DNA of 64,000 nt from an uncultured Lentisphaerota bacterium. Lineage in GTDB: Bacteria; Verrucomicrobiota; Kiritimatiellia; CAIQIC01. This document shows, piece by piece, positions 30,367 through 39,029 of this stretch. Within the stretch, counting starts at the first letter, position 1. Each line of letters starts with the position of its first letter. The stretch spans positions 51,546 through 115,545 of the forward strand of contig CAISWQ010000047.1 of the NCBI GenBank assembly GCA_903889245.1. The letters are read 5' to 3'. Position numbers and translations under genes: made by a program. The notes beneath the pieces are model-generated. The model had not been told where the DNA came from and did no database searches. It saw only the letters and a list, made by a program, of their open reading frames with translations.

Positions 30367-32646
30367 TCACTCCACGCGCACCCAGCGGCGGCTCATGGTC
30401 GCGTCCTGTGCGTCCTGGCCCCCGGCGCGGGCGACGGCCTTCACAACGCACTCGCCCGCCGCCGCCGCCGGCACCGGCAGCGCCACGGCCAGCGTCTGCG
30501 AGCCGAGTTCGGCCAGCGCGAACGGCTGCTGCGCCTGCGCCAGCACCTGGCCGGCCTTGGTCTCCAGTGTCAGCGTCACCTGCCCGTGCAGCGGCCGCGC
30601 CTCGTCGTTGACCAGCATCACGGTGAAGTCGCGCACCGCGCCGGCCTTCAGCGTCGGCTGGAAGAAGTTGAGGTAGACGCCCAGCGGCTTGAACGCCTCG
30701 CCCATGTAGTCGGCGAAGGCGGGGTCGAGCTTGAGCGCCGTCACGTCGGCGAAGTGGTCCGCCGTGTAAACGCCGGGATAGCTGCACGTGAGGTAGACGA
30801 AGTGGATGATGCCCGCATACTGGCGGTGCGCGCGCCAGAATTCCGTCTTCGCGCCGAGCAGGTACGCATACAGGTCGAGCCGCTGGCGCGCGGTGACATT
30901 CGTGCCCATGAGTTGTGCGTAGACGTTCGCGGTCAGTAGCGTCGGTGTGCCATCACGGTTGAGCCAGAGCCAGCCGTATTCGTTGATGAGCACGGGATTC
31001 GTGTCCGAGGGCAGCCGGCCCTTGGGCGGCTTGCCGTCCATCGTCTCCAGCTTGGTCATGTCGAACGTCAGCTTGCCGCGGTAGCCGCTGCTCATCAGGT
31101 AGGGATGATGCTCGACCGGGTCGTTCGGCCCGGCGGGCTTGTTATAGCTGTTCTCCCACGCGCGGCCGGAGAGGTCGAGCCCGCGCACGGCGGGGATGAT
31201 CTTCGCGCCGAAGATGTCGTCCTTCGTCTCGTTGTTCGCGTCCCAGACCACGACGCTCGGATGGTTCCAGTTGTCGCGCATCCAGTCCTTATACTGGCGG
31301 ATCATCTCGTCGGCGTCGTGCGTGCGCGCATAGCCCTTGTACCAGCCGGGCCCGCCGGTCCAGACGAAGAACTCGTTCTGGATCAGCAGCCCGACCTCGT
31401 CGCAGATGTCGAGCCACTTGTCCGGCACCGGCCCGATGCAAAACCGGAAATAATTCCAGTGCATCTGCTTCGGCAGGTCGCCGAGCAGGCGGCGCACCCA
31501 GCCCTCGTCCCACGGCAGGGCCTGGCACAGCGGGTCCTCGAAGAAACGGTGCAGCGTGATGTTCGAGCCGCGCAGATAATAGACCTTGCCGTTGAGCCAG
31601 GCGCGCCGCGTCGCGGCGTCGAACCGGAACTCGCGCATCCCGAAGCGCGTCGTCACCTCGTCGCCGCGCGTGCGCGCGGTCAGCGTGTAGAGGAACGGGT
31701 CCTCCGGCGACCAGAGCCGGCAGTTCTTGATGGGCACGAGCACGTCCAGTTCCTTCACGCCGGCCTCGGCGTGGACCTTGGTTTCGCCCGCGAGCTGGCC
31801 GGACTTGGCCTCGCGAACCTCCAGCGCGACGCCCGTCGCTTGCGTGCCATCGAGATAGACGCGCACCTTCGCCTGCTGCTTGGCGATCTCCGGCGCGACC
31901 TGCACGGCCGCGATCAGCGGGCTATCGCAGCAGATCACCGACACGCTGTCGTAGATGCCCGGCGACCACTTGATCTTCTCGAAGTCCGAGCCGGTCGGGA
32001 ACGTGTCCGGCAGCACGGCCGGGTGCGCGCCGATGCGGATGACGAGCGTGTTCTCCGCGTTCCAGCGGATGGCCTTGCCCAGCGGGAAGAGGCCCGCCGT
32101 GAAGCAGCCCGCGTACTCGCCCAGCTTCTCGCCGTTGAGCCAGACCGCGGTACCGAACTGCGCCTTGTTGATCTTCAGCAGCGCCACTGCGCGCGCCGCC
32201 GGCGCCCGGAACGTCTTCCGGTACCAGAAATAGTTGCGGTCCTGGTCCACCTTGCCCGTCCAGTATTTTTGCAGCCAGTCCTCCGGCGCGAGCTTCGAGC
32301 GGATGCGGTTGGCCATGTTCTCGCGGCTGGTGAATTTATCCACGTCGGCGAACGCCGGCTGGGCCAGGTTCGCCAAGCCCGGCACCGGCACCGTGCGCGT
32401 GAACTCTGCCGGCGCTTGGTCGAGCTTGCCCTCGGCAATCTGCCACGGCCCGTCGAGCGCCATCACCTGCCGCGCCGCCTGCGTTTCCAGGGATTGGAAA
32501 AGCAGAACCGCGAAAATTCCAGCCGAGCTTGCGAGACGGGCAGCCTTGCTGCCAACCATTGGAAAAGTCAGACGCGAAATTTTCCAAGGCTTGGAACTTT
32601 TGTCGCGGTTTTTTCCAAGGCCTGGAAACCAGTACTTCGTTTTCAT
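30367..32646 (-). CDS. Secreted GH2-family glycoside hydrolase with repeat-derived N-terminus
   Basis: Sugar-binding domain, TRFGMREF, YLRGSN, DICDEVGLLIQNE, NHPSVVVWDANNE, INEYG; N-terminus FPGLGK..SKPWK..FPMVG..FQSLE. Confidence 0.8.
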   Translation of the reverse strand: MKTKYWFPGLGKNRDKSSKPWKISRLTFPMVGSKAARLASSAGIFAVLLFQSLETQAARQVMALDGPWQIAEGKLDQAPAEFTRTVPVPGLANLAQPAFADVDKFTSRENMANRIRSKLAPEDWLQKYWTGKVDQDRNYFWYRKTFRAPAARAVALLKINKAQFGTAVWLNGEKLGEYAGCFTAGLFPLGKAIRWNAENTLVIRIGAHPAVLPDTFPTGSDFEKIKWSPGIYDSVSVICCDSPLIAAVQVAPEIAKQQAKVRVYLDGTQATGVALEVREAKSGQLAGETKVHAEAGVKELDVLVPIKNCRLWSPEDPFLYTLTARTRGDEVTTRFGMREFRFDAATRRAWLNGKVYYLRGSNITLHRFFEDPLCQALPWDEGWVRRLLGDLPKQMHWNYFRFCIGPVPDKWLDICDEVGLLIQNEFFVWTGGPGWYKGYARTHDADEMIRQYKDWMRDNWNHPSVVVWDANNETKDDIFGAKIIPAVRGLDLSGRAWENSYNKPAGPNDPVEHHPYLMSSGYRGKLTFDMTKLETMDGKPPKGRLPSDTNPVLINEYGWLWLNRDGTPTLLTANVYAQLMGTNVTARQRLDLYAYLLGAKTEFWRAHRQYAGIIHFVYLTCSYPGVYTADHFADVTALKLDPAFADYMGEAFKPLGVYLNFFQPTLKAGAVRDFTVMLVNDEARPLHGQVTLTLETKAGQVLAQAQQPFALAELGSQTLAVALPVPAAAAGECVVKAVARAGGQDAQDATMSRRWVRVE
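32484..32628. repeat. Four palindrome copies within the GH2 signal-peptide coding region
   Basis: Right half-sites at 32494, 32559, 32591 and 32622 (spacing 65, 32, 31). Confidence 0.85.
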
Positions 32647-32679
32647 GTTGGCTCTCTTTCTCTTTTATCAAAGCCCACT

Positions 32680-32782
32680 GTAGGCCGGGTCTCCGACCCG
32701 GCGCTCTGTGCGCCCGGTGAAGTCACCGGGCCTACAACGCAAAGAAGACGGCCGTGTTGTAGGCCGCGTGACCTCACGCGGC
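32680..32782. repeat. GTAG-type REP/BIME-like cluster (3 units)
   Basis: GTAGGCCGGGTCTCCGACCCGGC; inverted GCCCGGTGAAGTCACCGGGCCTAC; GTAGGCCGCGTGACCTCACGCGGC. Confidence 0.85.
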
Positions 32783-32793
32783 GCATCGCTCAT

Positions 32794-34014
32794 CTATTTC
32801 GCAAGCCCAAGCCGGTGCTTTGCCCATAGCAGGTTGGCCAAGAGGCCGGGGCTGGATTTGATCCGGCCTTGGTTGGCGGCGATAAACACCGGCAACAGTT
32901 CCGGCTGAAATTCGCAGAGGTCAATCCAGCCGCCGCCGAGGCCGCCGGGCGGATGCTTGCCGGCGGTGCCATCCACACGGCCCAGGAATTTGTTCCCCGG
33001 CTGCAGTAGCACGCAACTGACGGTGTTGGCGAACGGGCGCATCTGGTCGGCGGTGAGGCCGTAGCGGCCGCTCACAAAGGCGCGCATCAGCCCGCCGATA
33101 TCATAGCCGCCATGGCCCGTGTCCTCGTAGTGCTTCGGCGGCTGCTCGAAGGCATAGGTCCACTTGTAGCACGGCTTGCCCTGCACCTCGTAGCGCTCCG
33201 CCGCCGCGAAGAACCAGTCCACCGACGCCTTCACGATGGCGTCGTAGCGTTGCACGCGCGCGTCGTCATCACCGAGCAGCCGGTGACATTCCGCGAGCCG
33301 TTGGAAGCCGTTATTGAGCATCGTCTGCTGGTTCCAAGGCACAGGCTGGTTGGCGGAACCGGGGCGGGAGGCAGCATCGTAGCGCGGCGAATCGGGCGTG
33401 TAGCAGCGCAGCGTGCCGGGCCGCACGTACCACTTGAGCAGGAAACCATCCAGCGTGCGCTCCAGCTCGTGCACATAGGTGACCGCGCGCTCGCGATAGG
33501 TCGTGCCGAAGCCATGCAGATTGCCGTCGGGAACTTTTTCCGCCCACAGTTTTTTGTTTTCCAGAATCAGCCGCGCCGCGTAGGCGATGTGGCCCACGAT
33601 GTCACCGTTCTCGGTGCCGGAGTAAGCCGCGTCCTTGGCATCGGCCGCCTTGTTCGGCCAGACCAGCTCGCGCGCGCCGGTCCAGATGAGCCGGCCGGTC
33701 TGCGGGTCGTTGCGCGCCGCCAGCATGCGGTCGGCGAATACGAGCATCCGGTCGAGCAGGGCCACGTCACCGCTGATCTCGTAGACGCGGCCGAGCGCCT
33801 CAGCCGCCTCGCCGCCCGCGCCATAGACGAACGCGTTGTGGAAATTGTTGGAAGGCGGCACGACCTCCGCCATGAAGTTCTTGAACGCCTGGATTTCGCG
33901 CGTCGTCACCGGCCCGGCGGAATTTTCCACGAGCATCGGCTCGACGGCTTCCACGGATTGGAAAAAGGCGAGAGTCAGAATTCCAAGGCGTGGAAGCCAG
34001 CGTCTTGTTTTCAT
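32794..34014 (-). CDS. Secreted hypothetical protein, possibly an alpha/alpha-toroid carbohydrate-active enzyme
   Basis: 406-aa ORF with typical codon usage; N-terminus MKTRRWLPRLGILTLAFFQSVEA contains two palindrome copies (33951-33996). Fold is a guess. Confidence 0.6.
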   Translation of the reverse strand: MKTRRWLPRLGILTLAFFQSVEAVEPMLVENSAGPVTTREIQAFKNFMAEVVPPSNNFHNAFVYGAGGEAAEALGRVYEISGDVALLDRMLVFADRMLAARNDPQTGRLIWTGARELVWPNKAADAKDAAYSGTENGDIVGHIAYAARLILENKKLWAEKVPDGNLHGFGTTYRERAVTYVHELERTLDGFLLKWYVRPGTLRCYTPDSPRYDAASRPGSANQPVPWNQQTMLNNGFQRLAECHRLLGDDDARVQRYDAIVKASVDWFFAAAERYEVQGKPCYKWTYAFEQPPKHYEDTGHGGYDIGGLMRAFVSGRYGLTADQMRPFANTVSCVLLQPGNKFLGRVDGTAGKHPPGGLGGGWIDLCEFQPELLPVFIAANQGRIKSSPGLLANLLWAKHRLGLAK

Positions 34015-34046
34015 GTTGGCTCTGTTTCTTCGCTGTTCAATTTGCT

Positions 34047-34191
34047 GTAGGCCGGGTCTCCGACCCGGCGCTCTGTTCGCCCGGTCAGAGACCGGGCCTA
34101 CAACCGGCGTCGCGTGAAACGCCCGGTGAGGTCACCGGGCCTACAACGAAAAGAAGATGGCCGTGTTGTAGGCCGCGTGACCTCACGCGGC
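34047..34191. repeat. GTAG-type REP/BIME-like cluster (4 units), near-direct repeat of 32680-32782
   Basis: Same units, order and linkers as the 32680 cluster, plus one extra unit. Confidence 0.85.
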
Positions 34192-34199
34192 GAGCATAA

Positions 34200-37127
34200 T
34201 CATCTTCCGGCTTGCGTGGCGACTTGCGGGCCGAGGCGCTGCTGGCGCGGGGTATAGTCGGGCCAGAGCGGGCAGTTCAGGTCGATCCAGCATTTCAGCG
34301 CGTGCATCTCGTCGCGCGTGAGCTGCACGCCGTGGTGGCCGGCGTCGAGCGTCTGCCAGAGCTTGCTCTTGAGCGTGCCAAACGTGAGCGGTTCGGCCTT
34401 CGCGTGGCGCAGGCGGTAGGTCATGTCGAAGTAGTGCACCCAGCCGCCGGCGATCAGCGTGCGGTAGGAGGCGGGGACCTTCTCGGCATCGAGCGTGCCG
34501 GCGAGGTTGAGCTTCTGCTTGTGGTTCGCGTCGTGGCAGCGCACACACCGCGCATCGAGCACCGGCTGCACGACGCGCTCGAAGCTGAACGGCACCGCGC
34601 CCCACGGCGGCGGCGCGAGCGTCGCTGGCGCGCACCGCGCAGCGAGGGTGGGGGCGACCGGCGCCGCGCCATGCCGGTGTTCGTGGCAGCCGATGCAGCT
34701 CCGCCGCTCGCCCGGCTGGAGCTGCACGACGCTGCGCATCCGCTGCAGCTCGTTCAGGTTTTCGTCGAGTGCCTCGAAGTAGAGGACCTTGCCGGCGGGC
34801 GCGGTGAAATTCGCCGAGCCATCGGCGGCGACTGGCGCGAGGCCGAGCGCCGCCTTCGCCACGTAGCTCGGCCAGCCGCCAGGCCCGCTGACCTTGTGGA
34901 TCGGCGTGGCATAAAAATCGGTGAACACCGGCCCGTGGTCGCGGCGAAACTCGCCGCTCGGCAGTTGCTCGAGGTTGGCGCGGACCTCCTCGCAGACGCG
35001 AATGAATTTCACGCGGCCGCGCGCAACGGCGGGCGCGAGGCCCTGATACACATCGGCCACGGTGAACTGCCCGAACTCCGTCGCCGCGGGTACGGCCGCG
35101 CCGAGCACCGGCGGACGCGGCACCTGGCGCAGCAGCGTCGGCGTCATACTGCCGATGTTCGGGTCGAGATAGAGCAACTCGCGGTTGCCCCAGCGGTCGG
35201 CGAGGAACAGGCCCCAGCGGTCGGCGGGCGCGTGGCTGGCGAGGAAGTAGTCGCGCGTGACCGGCACCGGATCGCGCCAGCATTCCTGCCGCGGCCAGCT
35301 CATGTTGTAGTGCGCCACGGTGTCCGGCGTGATGTTCAGCAGCGCGTTCGTGTCCGCCGGCGACTGCGCTCGCGCGAGGTCAATCAGGCCGAGCGGTCCG
35401 TTGTGGTCGCCGCCGTGCGAGAAGATGGTGCAGAGGATTTCGCGCGTGCCGGGCACCTCGCGGCCGTTGATGTAGCAGTTCGGCGTATCGTTGCCGAAGA
35501 CCAGCTCCGGGTGCGTGCCGTCGGGCCGGATCGCCCAGAGCGTGTGGCCGAAGTCCGCGCCCTTGTCGATGTATTCCGACCGCGTCCAGAGGATGCGCCC
35601 GTCGCGCATCACCGCCGGCGACCACTCGCTCAAGTTCGCGAACGAGAGCGGGCGGATGTCGCCGCTGGTCTCGCGGCGGAAGAGCACGAACGCCTGCGGC
35701 CGCCAGCACAGGAAGCGCGCGTGGCAGCGCGTGCTGATGAACGCAAGCGCGCCATCCGGAAGCGGGCACGGATAATAATCGTGGAACGGCCCCTCCGTGA
35801 GCTGGCGTGCGCGGCCGCCGCCGGAGTCCATTTCCATCAGGTGCCAGTAGGGCTCCTGCTCGCCGGGCCGTGGCGCGCTGGGGCGGAAGGCGAAGAAGAT
35901 TTTCTGCGCGTCGAAATCAGCCATCGCGTCGCGCGCGATGCCCGCGCTCGCGTCGAACAACGTCGCCAGCCGCGCGCCGGCCGGATCGAGCGCGCCCCCG
36001 CGCCGCGGCAGCTCCAGCACGCAGACGCCGCCGCCCGGCTTGAACTGCGAGTCCAGCACGTCGCTGTAGTTGTGCGACGAAAGGTAGGGATGCCGCTTCA
36101 CAAACAGGATGCGCTGCAACGACGCGAGGTCGGGGTCGGTGAAGAGCCACCGGCGCTTCGCCAGGCGCGCGTCGAGAAAGAGCGCCTCGCTGTCGCCCGC
36201 CGCCAGCCGCTGCTTCAGCCCCGCCAGTTCCGCACGACCGGCCGCGACCTCCACGCCCTTCTCCGCCAGCCGCGCGAGCAACTCGGCCAGTTGCGTCAGC
36301 GCGCGCTCTGTGGGCGTGAGGCGCGCGATGGCGCTCCAATAGGGGATCTCCTTCTTCAGCGGCGAGAGATGATCGGTCGCGTTCATCCGCTGCCACGTGG
36401 CGCGCTCGCACAGGAACGCGTAGCGCACGAGGCTCTCGTAGCTCGTCGGCTCCGGCAGCGGCACGATCGGCGGGCGCGGCACGGCGCGCGGCCCGCCCGC
36501 GAACCCTGCGTTCAGCGCCGCCACCTTGCGCCACGCCTTGCCATCGCCGGAGAGCTGCACCTCGATATTCATCGGCACGCGGTCGTGGAATTTCCCCTCG
36601 CGGTCACGCGAGAAGACGACCTTCGCGACCTGCGCCGGCTGCGGCAGCTCGATTTGCGCCCACTCATCGCCGGCCGACGCCGCAATCCAGCTATGCCCGT
36701 TCCCATACAGCCCATCGTTGAGGTGCGCCACCTGATGGATCGCGTAGCCCGCGAGGCATGAGGACGCCGAAGCCTTCGCGCCCGCACCCGCCAGCGCGAG
36801 GTTGCGCTTGCCATCGGCTCCGAAGATTTCCAGCTCATCAAGGCACGCCTGCCCCGCACTGCTTGCATGAATGACGAACCGCACGAACTTCGCCGGCTGC
36901 GCCGCAAAGCTAACCACATTCGCCGCCTCCGCCCGCACCACCACTTGCGTCGGTGCCGCGAAAGCTTCCAGAGCTTGGAAAACCAACAACCCCAAAATTC
37001 CAGCCGAGCTTGCGAGACAGGCCGTCTTGCTGCCAACCATTGGAAAAGTTAAGCATGAAATTTTCCAGGCCCTGGAAAATCCTGCCGGATTTTTCCCAAG
37101 CCTTGGAGCCTGGATACGTGCGTTCAT
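34200..37127 (-). CDS. Secreted discoidin (F5/8 type C) + beta-propeller + HzsA-like middle domain + di-heme cytochrome c protein
   Basis: HLNDGLYGNGHSW discoidin-like segment; YTRSEYIDK-type propeller motif (WTRSEYIDK); ADGSANFTAPAGKVLYFEALDEN..QRMRS..QPGERRSCIGCHE; second CVRCH motif. Confidence 0.7.
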   Translation of the reverse strand: MNARIQAPRLGKNPAGFSRAWKISCLTFPMVGSKTACLASSAGILGLLVFQALEAFAAPTQVVVRAEAANVVSFAAQPAKFVRFVIHASSAGQACLDELEIFGADGKRNLALAGAGAKASASSCLAGYAIHQVAHLNDGLYGNGHSWIAASAGDEWAQIELPQPAQVAKVVFSRDREGKFHDRVPMNIEVQLSGDGKAWRKVAALNAGFAGGPRAVPRPPIVPLPEPTSYESLVRYAFLCERATWQRMNATDHLSPLKKEIPYWSAIARLTPTERALTQLAELLARLAEKGVEVAAGRAELAGLKQRLAAGDSEALFLDARLAKRRWLFTDPDLASLQRILFVKRHPYLSSHNYSDVLDSQFKPGGGVCVLELPRRGGALDPAGARLATLFDASAGIARDAMADFDAQKIFFAFRPSAPRPGEQEPYWHLMEMDSGGGRARQLTEGPFHDYYPCPLPDGALAFISTRCHARFLCWRPQAFVLFRRETSGDIRPLSFANLSEWSPAVMRDGRILWTRSEYIDKGADFGHTLWAIRPDGTHPELVFGNDTPNCYINGREVPGTREILCTIFSHGGDHNGPLGLIDLARAQSPADTNALLNITPDTVAHYNMSWPRQECWRDPVPVTRDYFLASHAPADRWGLFLADRWGNRELLYLDPNIGSMTPTLLRQVPRPPVLGAAVPAATEFGQFTVADVYQGLAPAVARGRVKFIRVCEEVRANLEQLPSGEFRRDHGPVFTDFYATPIHKVSGPGGWPSYVAKAALGLAPVAADGSANFTAPAGKVLYFEALDENLNELQRMRSVVQLQPGERRSCIGCHEHRHGAAPVAPTLAARCAPATLAPPPWGAVPFSFERVVQPVLDARCVRCHDANHKQKLNLAGTLDAEKVPASYRTLIAGGWVHYFDMTYRLRHAKAEPLTFGTLKSKLWQTLDAGHHGVQLTRDEMHALKCWIDLNCPLWPDYTPRQQRLGPQVATQAGR
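36966..37107. repeat. Four palindrome copies within the signal-peptide coding region; cassette nearly identical to 32484-32628
   Basis: Right half-sites at 36975, 37040, 37072 and 37103; shared AAAATTCCAGCCGAGCTTGCGAGAC..CTTGCTGCCAACCATTGGAAAAGT. Confidence 0.85.
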
Positions 37128-37154
37128 GGCATGCACCTATTTTGTTCGCCGAGA

Positions 37155-38150
37155 CTAGCTGGACTTGGCATCGCGCCCGCGCGAGGCTCGGGTGCGAGAC
37201 AGTTTTGGGTCAGGCATATATTCTGCGGTCTTTTCCATCAGCATCATTTGACGCGATGGCTGCGTTTCCTCCGCACCATAGAGCGACTGAACGGTCTCCT
37301 CGAATTTTACCACCGCATTTTCATGGTGCTGGAGAAACCATTTCTTATGGTTCTCCAAATAGATCGTTCGCACGTCTGGTCGCCGCAAATCGAACGGCAC
37401 CCGTTCCATCCTTGGATCCACGCTGTCAAAACCGGAGAAATCCATCCCCAACCTGTCCTTGGTCCTGGCCACGTACGCGGGGTTGATCTCGATGCCGATG
37501 GCTTGCCGGTTGAGTTGTTGGCACACACGCAAGGTCGTTCCACTTCCTGAAAAAGGATCAACCACAAGATCGCCTTCGTCTGACGAAGCGAGAACCATCC
37601 GCTCAATCAAGCCTTCAGGTTTTTGCGTGGGATGGTCCTGCCGGTTTTCATTACAGTAATGTACATGGGAGAACTCCCAGACGTCGCCCGGATTGGCTCC
37701 GCGCATGTTGTTTCGGTCGCGGAAATACTTCTGTGGAACTCGGACGCTGTCCAGGTTGAACTTGAACTCCTCCGACCGGGTGAACATTAAAACGTCATCA
37801 TGTCGAGGGGAAAACCCTTTTGTCTTGCCCATGCCCTGCGTGTAGTGCCAGACAATCCAACTATTAAAAAACATTTGAAGATCACGATCGAGAATGTCGT
37901 ACAGATACGAAATGAACCTGAAACCCATGAACACATAGAGCGTCCCGGTTGGTTTGAGAATCCGATGAGTTTGACCCAGCCAGTTGCGCGAGAAGGCCAG
38001 ATACTCATCGAAACCTTGGACATCATGGTTATTCCCGTAGTCTTTTCCGAGATTGTATGGGGGATCGGCGACAACAAGATCAACCGATCCGGTCTTTAAC
38101 TTCGCAAGCTCCACCAGCGCGTCGCCGGCTATAATCTCAATGTTACTCAT
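37155..38150 (-). CDS. Beta-class N4C/N6A DNA methyltransferase (M.HpaI-like)
   Basis: ADPPYN (motif IV) precedes HPTQKP and DPFSGSGTT (motif I); lower GC than the flanks. Confidence 0.92.
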   Translation of the reverse strand: MSNIEIIAGDALVELAKLKTGSVDLVVADPPYNLGKDYGNNHDVQGFDEYLAFSRNWLGQTHRILKPTGTLYVFMGFRFISYLYDILDRDLQMFFNSWIVWHYTQGMGKTKGFSPRHDDVLMFTRSEEFKFNLDSVRVPQKYFRDRNNMRGANPGDVWEFSHVHYCNENRQDHPTQKPEGLIERMVLASSDEGDLVVDPFSGSGTTLRVCQQLNRQAIGIEINPAYVARTKDRLGMDFSGFDSVDPRMERVPFDLRRPDVRTIYLENHKKWFLQHHENAVVKFEETVQSLYGAEETQPSRQMMLMEKTAEYMPDPKLSRTRASRGRDAKSS

Positions 38151-38919
38151 CTACCTTGATCCATTCATTGGCCTGCGCCATTTCAAGCCATTCGCCAAAC
38201 CCCTTCTTTGAGCCGATGAACTTACGGTCAAGCAGTTGACAGAACTCCCATGTCGTCCTCTTGGTCAAGGTTACGTAGTGGATGTCCCGCACCTGAAGTT
38301 GGCCGCTGCCCAGCGCGGGGTTGTAGCTAAGATCGGCACTCGAGAGGTATTTCAAATCGTACGTGTTGTGCGCAACGACTTCCATGATGCCATCCATCAA
38401 GCCTGTCGTCGTATTCTTCGTGCAGTAGACTTTGTGCTTCAGAGACAGGATGATGAAGATGTAATCAGGATCATCGATATAGGCGGTACGAATCCGCTTG
38501 AAGGCTGTGATGTTTGGCGATTTTCCGCTCGACTCGATGTCTTCCGCTGTAGCTTTGACATCGACTTCTGCGGTCACGCCACTTTCGGTCTTCCGGGTCA
38601 TCTTGAATTGCAGAATGACATCGGCCATGTAAAGGCGTTCTTTAGCCTCGACGTTGATCAAAGCATATTTGTTGGTCTTGTCTTCTAGCACATCTTGGAA
38701 TGTCTCGACCGCCCACGCCTCCACAAATGGTCCTGCGATTTTGTTGATGTTTTCCATGGGCAAGCCAAGCTTCAGATTCGTGTTGATAATGATCTTGTTT
38801 TTACCCGCTCCAATAGCCGCCTTGATGATCGCTTCGATGGCTGTCGTGACGAAAGAAGAGCACGCGTCATAGTCGTCGCTTTGCTTGGGGACTTTGAATG
38901 TGAGGTTGTCGTATTTCAT
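38143..38919 (-). CDS. Type II restriction endonuclease, HpaI-like (predicted GTTAAC)
   Basis: IIINTNLKLGLPMENINKIAGP, VDVKAT, SGKSPNIT, YNPALGSGQ and KRTTW closely match my recollection of R.HpaI; overlaps the MTase start. Assignment is from memory, not a search. Confidence 0.7.
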   Translation of the reverse strand: MKYDNLTFKVPKQSDDYDACSSFVTTAIEAIIKAAIGAGKNKIIINTNLKLGLPMENINKIAGPFVEAWAVETFQDVLEDKTNKYALINVEAKERLYMADVILQFKMTRKTESGVTAEVDVKATAEDIESSGKSPNITAFKRIRTAYIDDPDYIFIILSLKHKVYCTKNTTTGLMDGIMEVVAHNTYDLKYLSSADLSYNPALGSGQLQVRDIHYVTLTKRTTWEFCQLLDRKFIGSKKGFGEWLEMAQANEWIKVDE

Positions 38920-39029
38920 GGACAATCACTCCGTGCCGTTTGCTCTTCATCTACGCATCTTGGGGCTCGCGCCCACGAGCGAAGGCAGTCTAGGGAGAAC
39001 GGTTTGTGTTGCAAGTGCAAAGCTGGTGT

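Noticed and set aside
34200-37127. Evidence for anammox (hydrazine synthase)
   Set aside because: No hzsB/hzsC or hao genes are present, and HzsA-like homologs occur in non-anammox bacteria.
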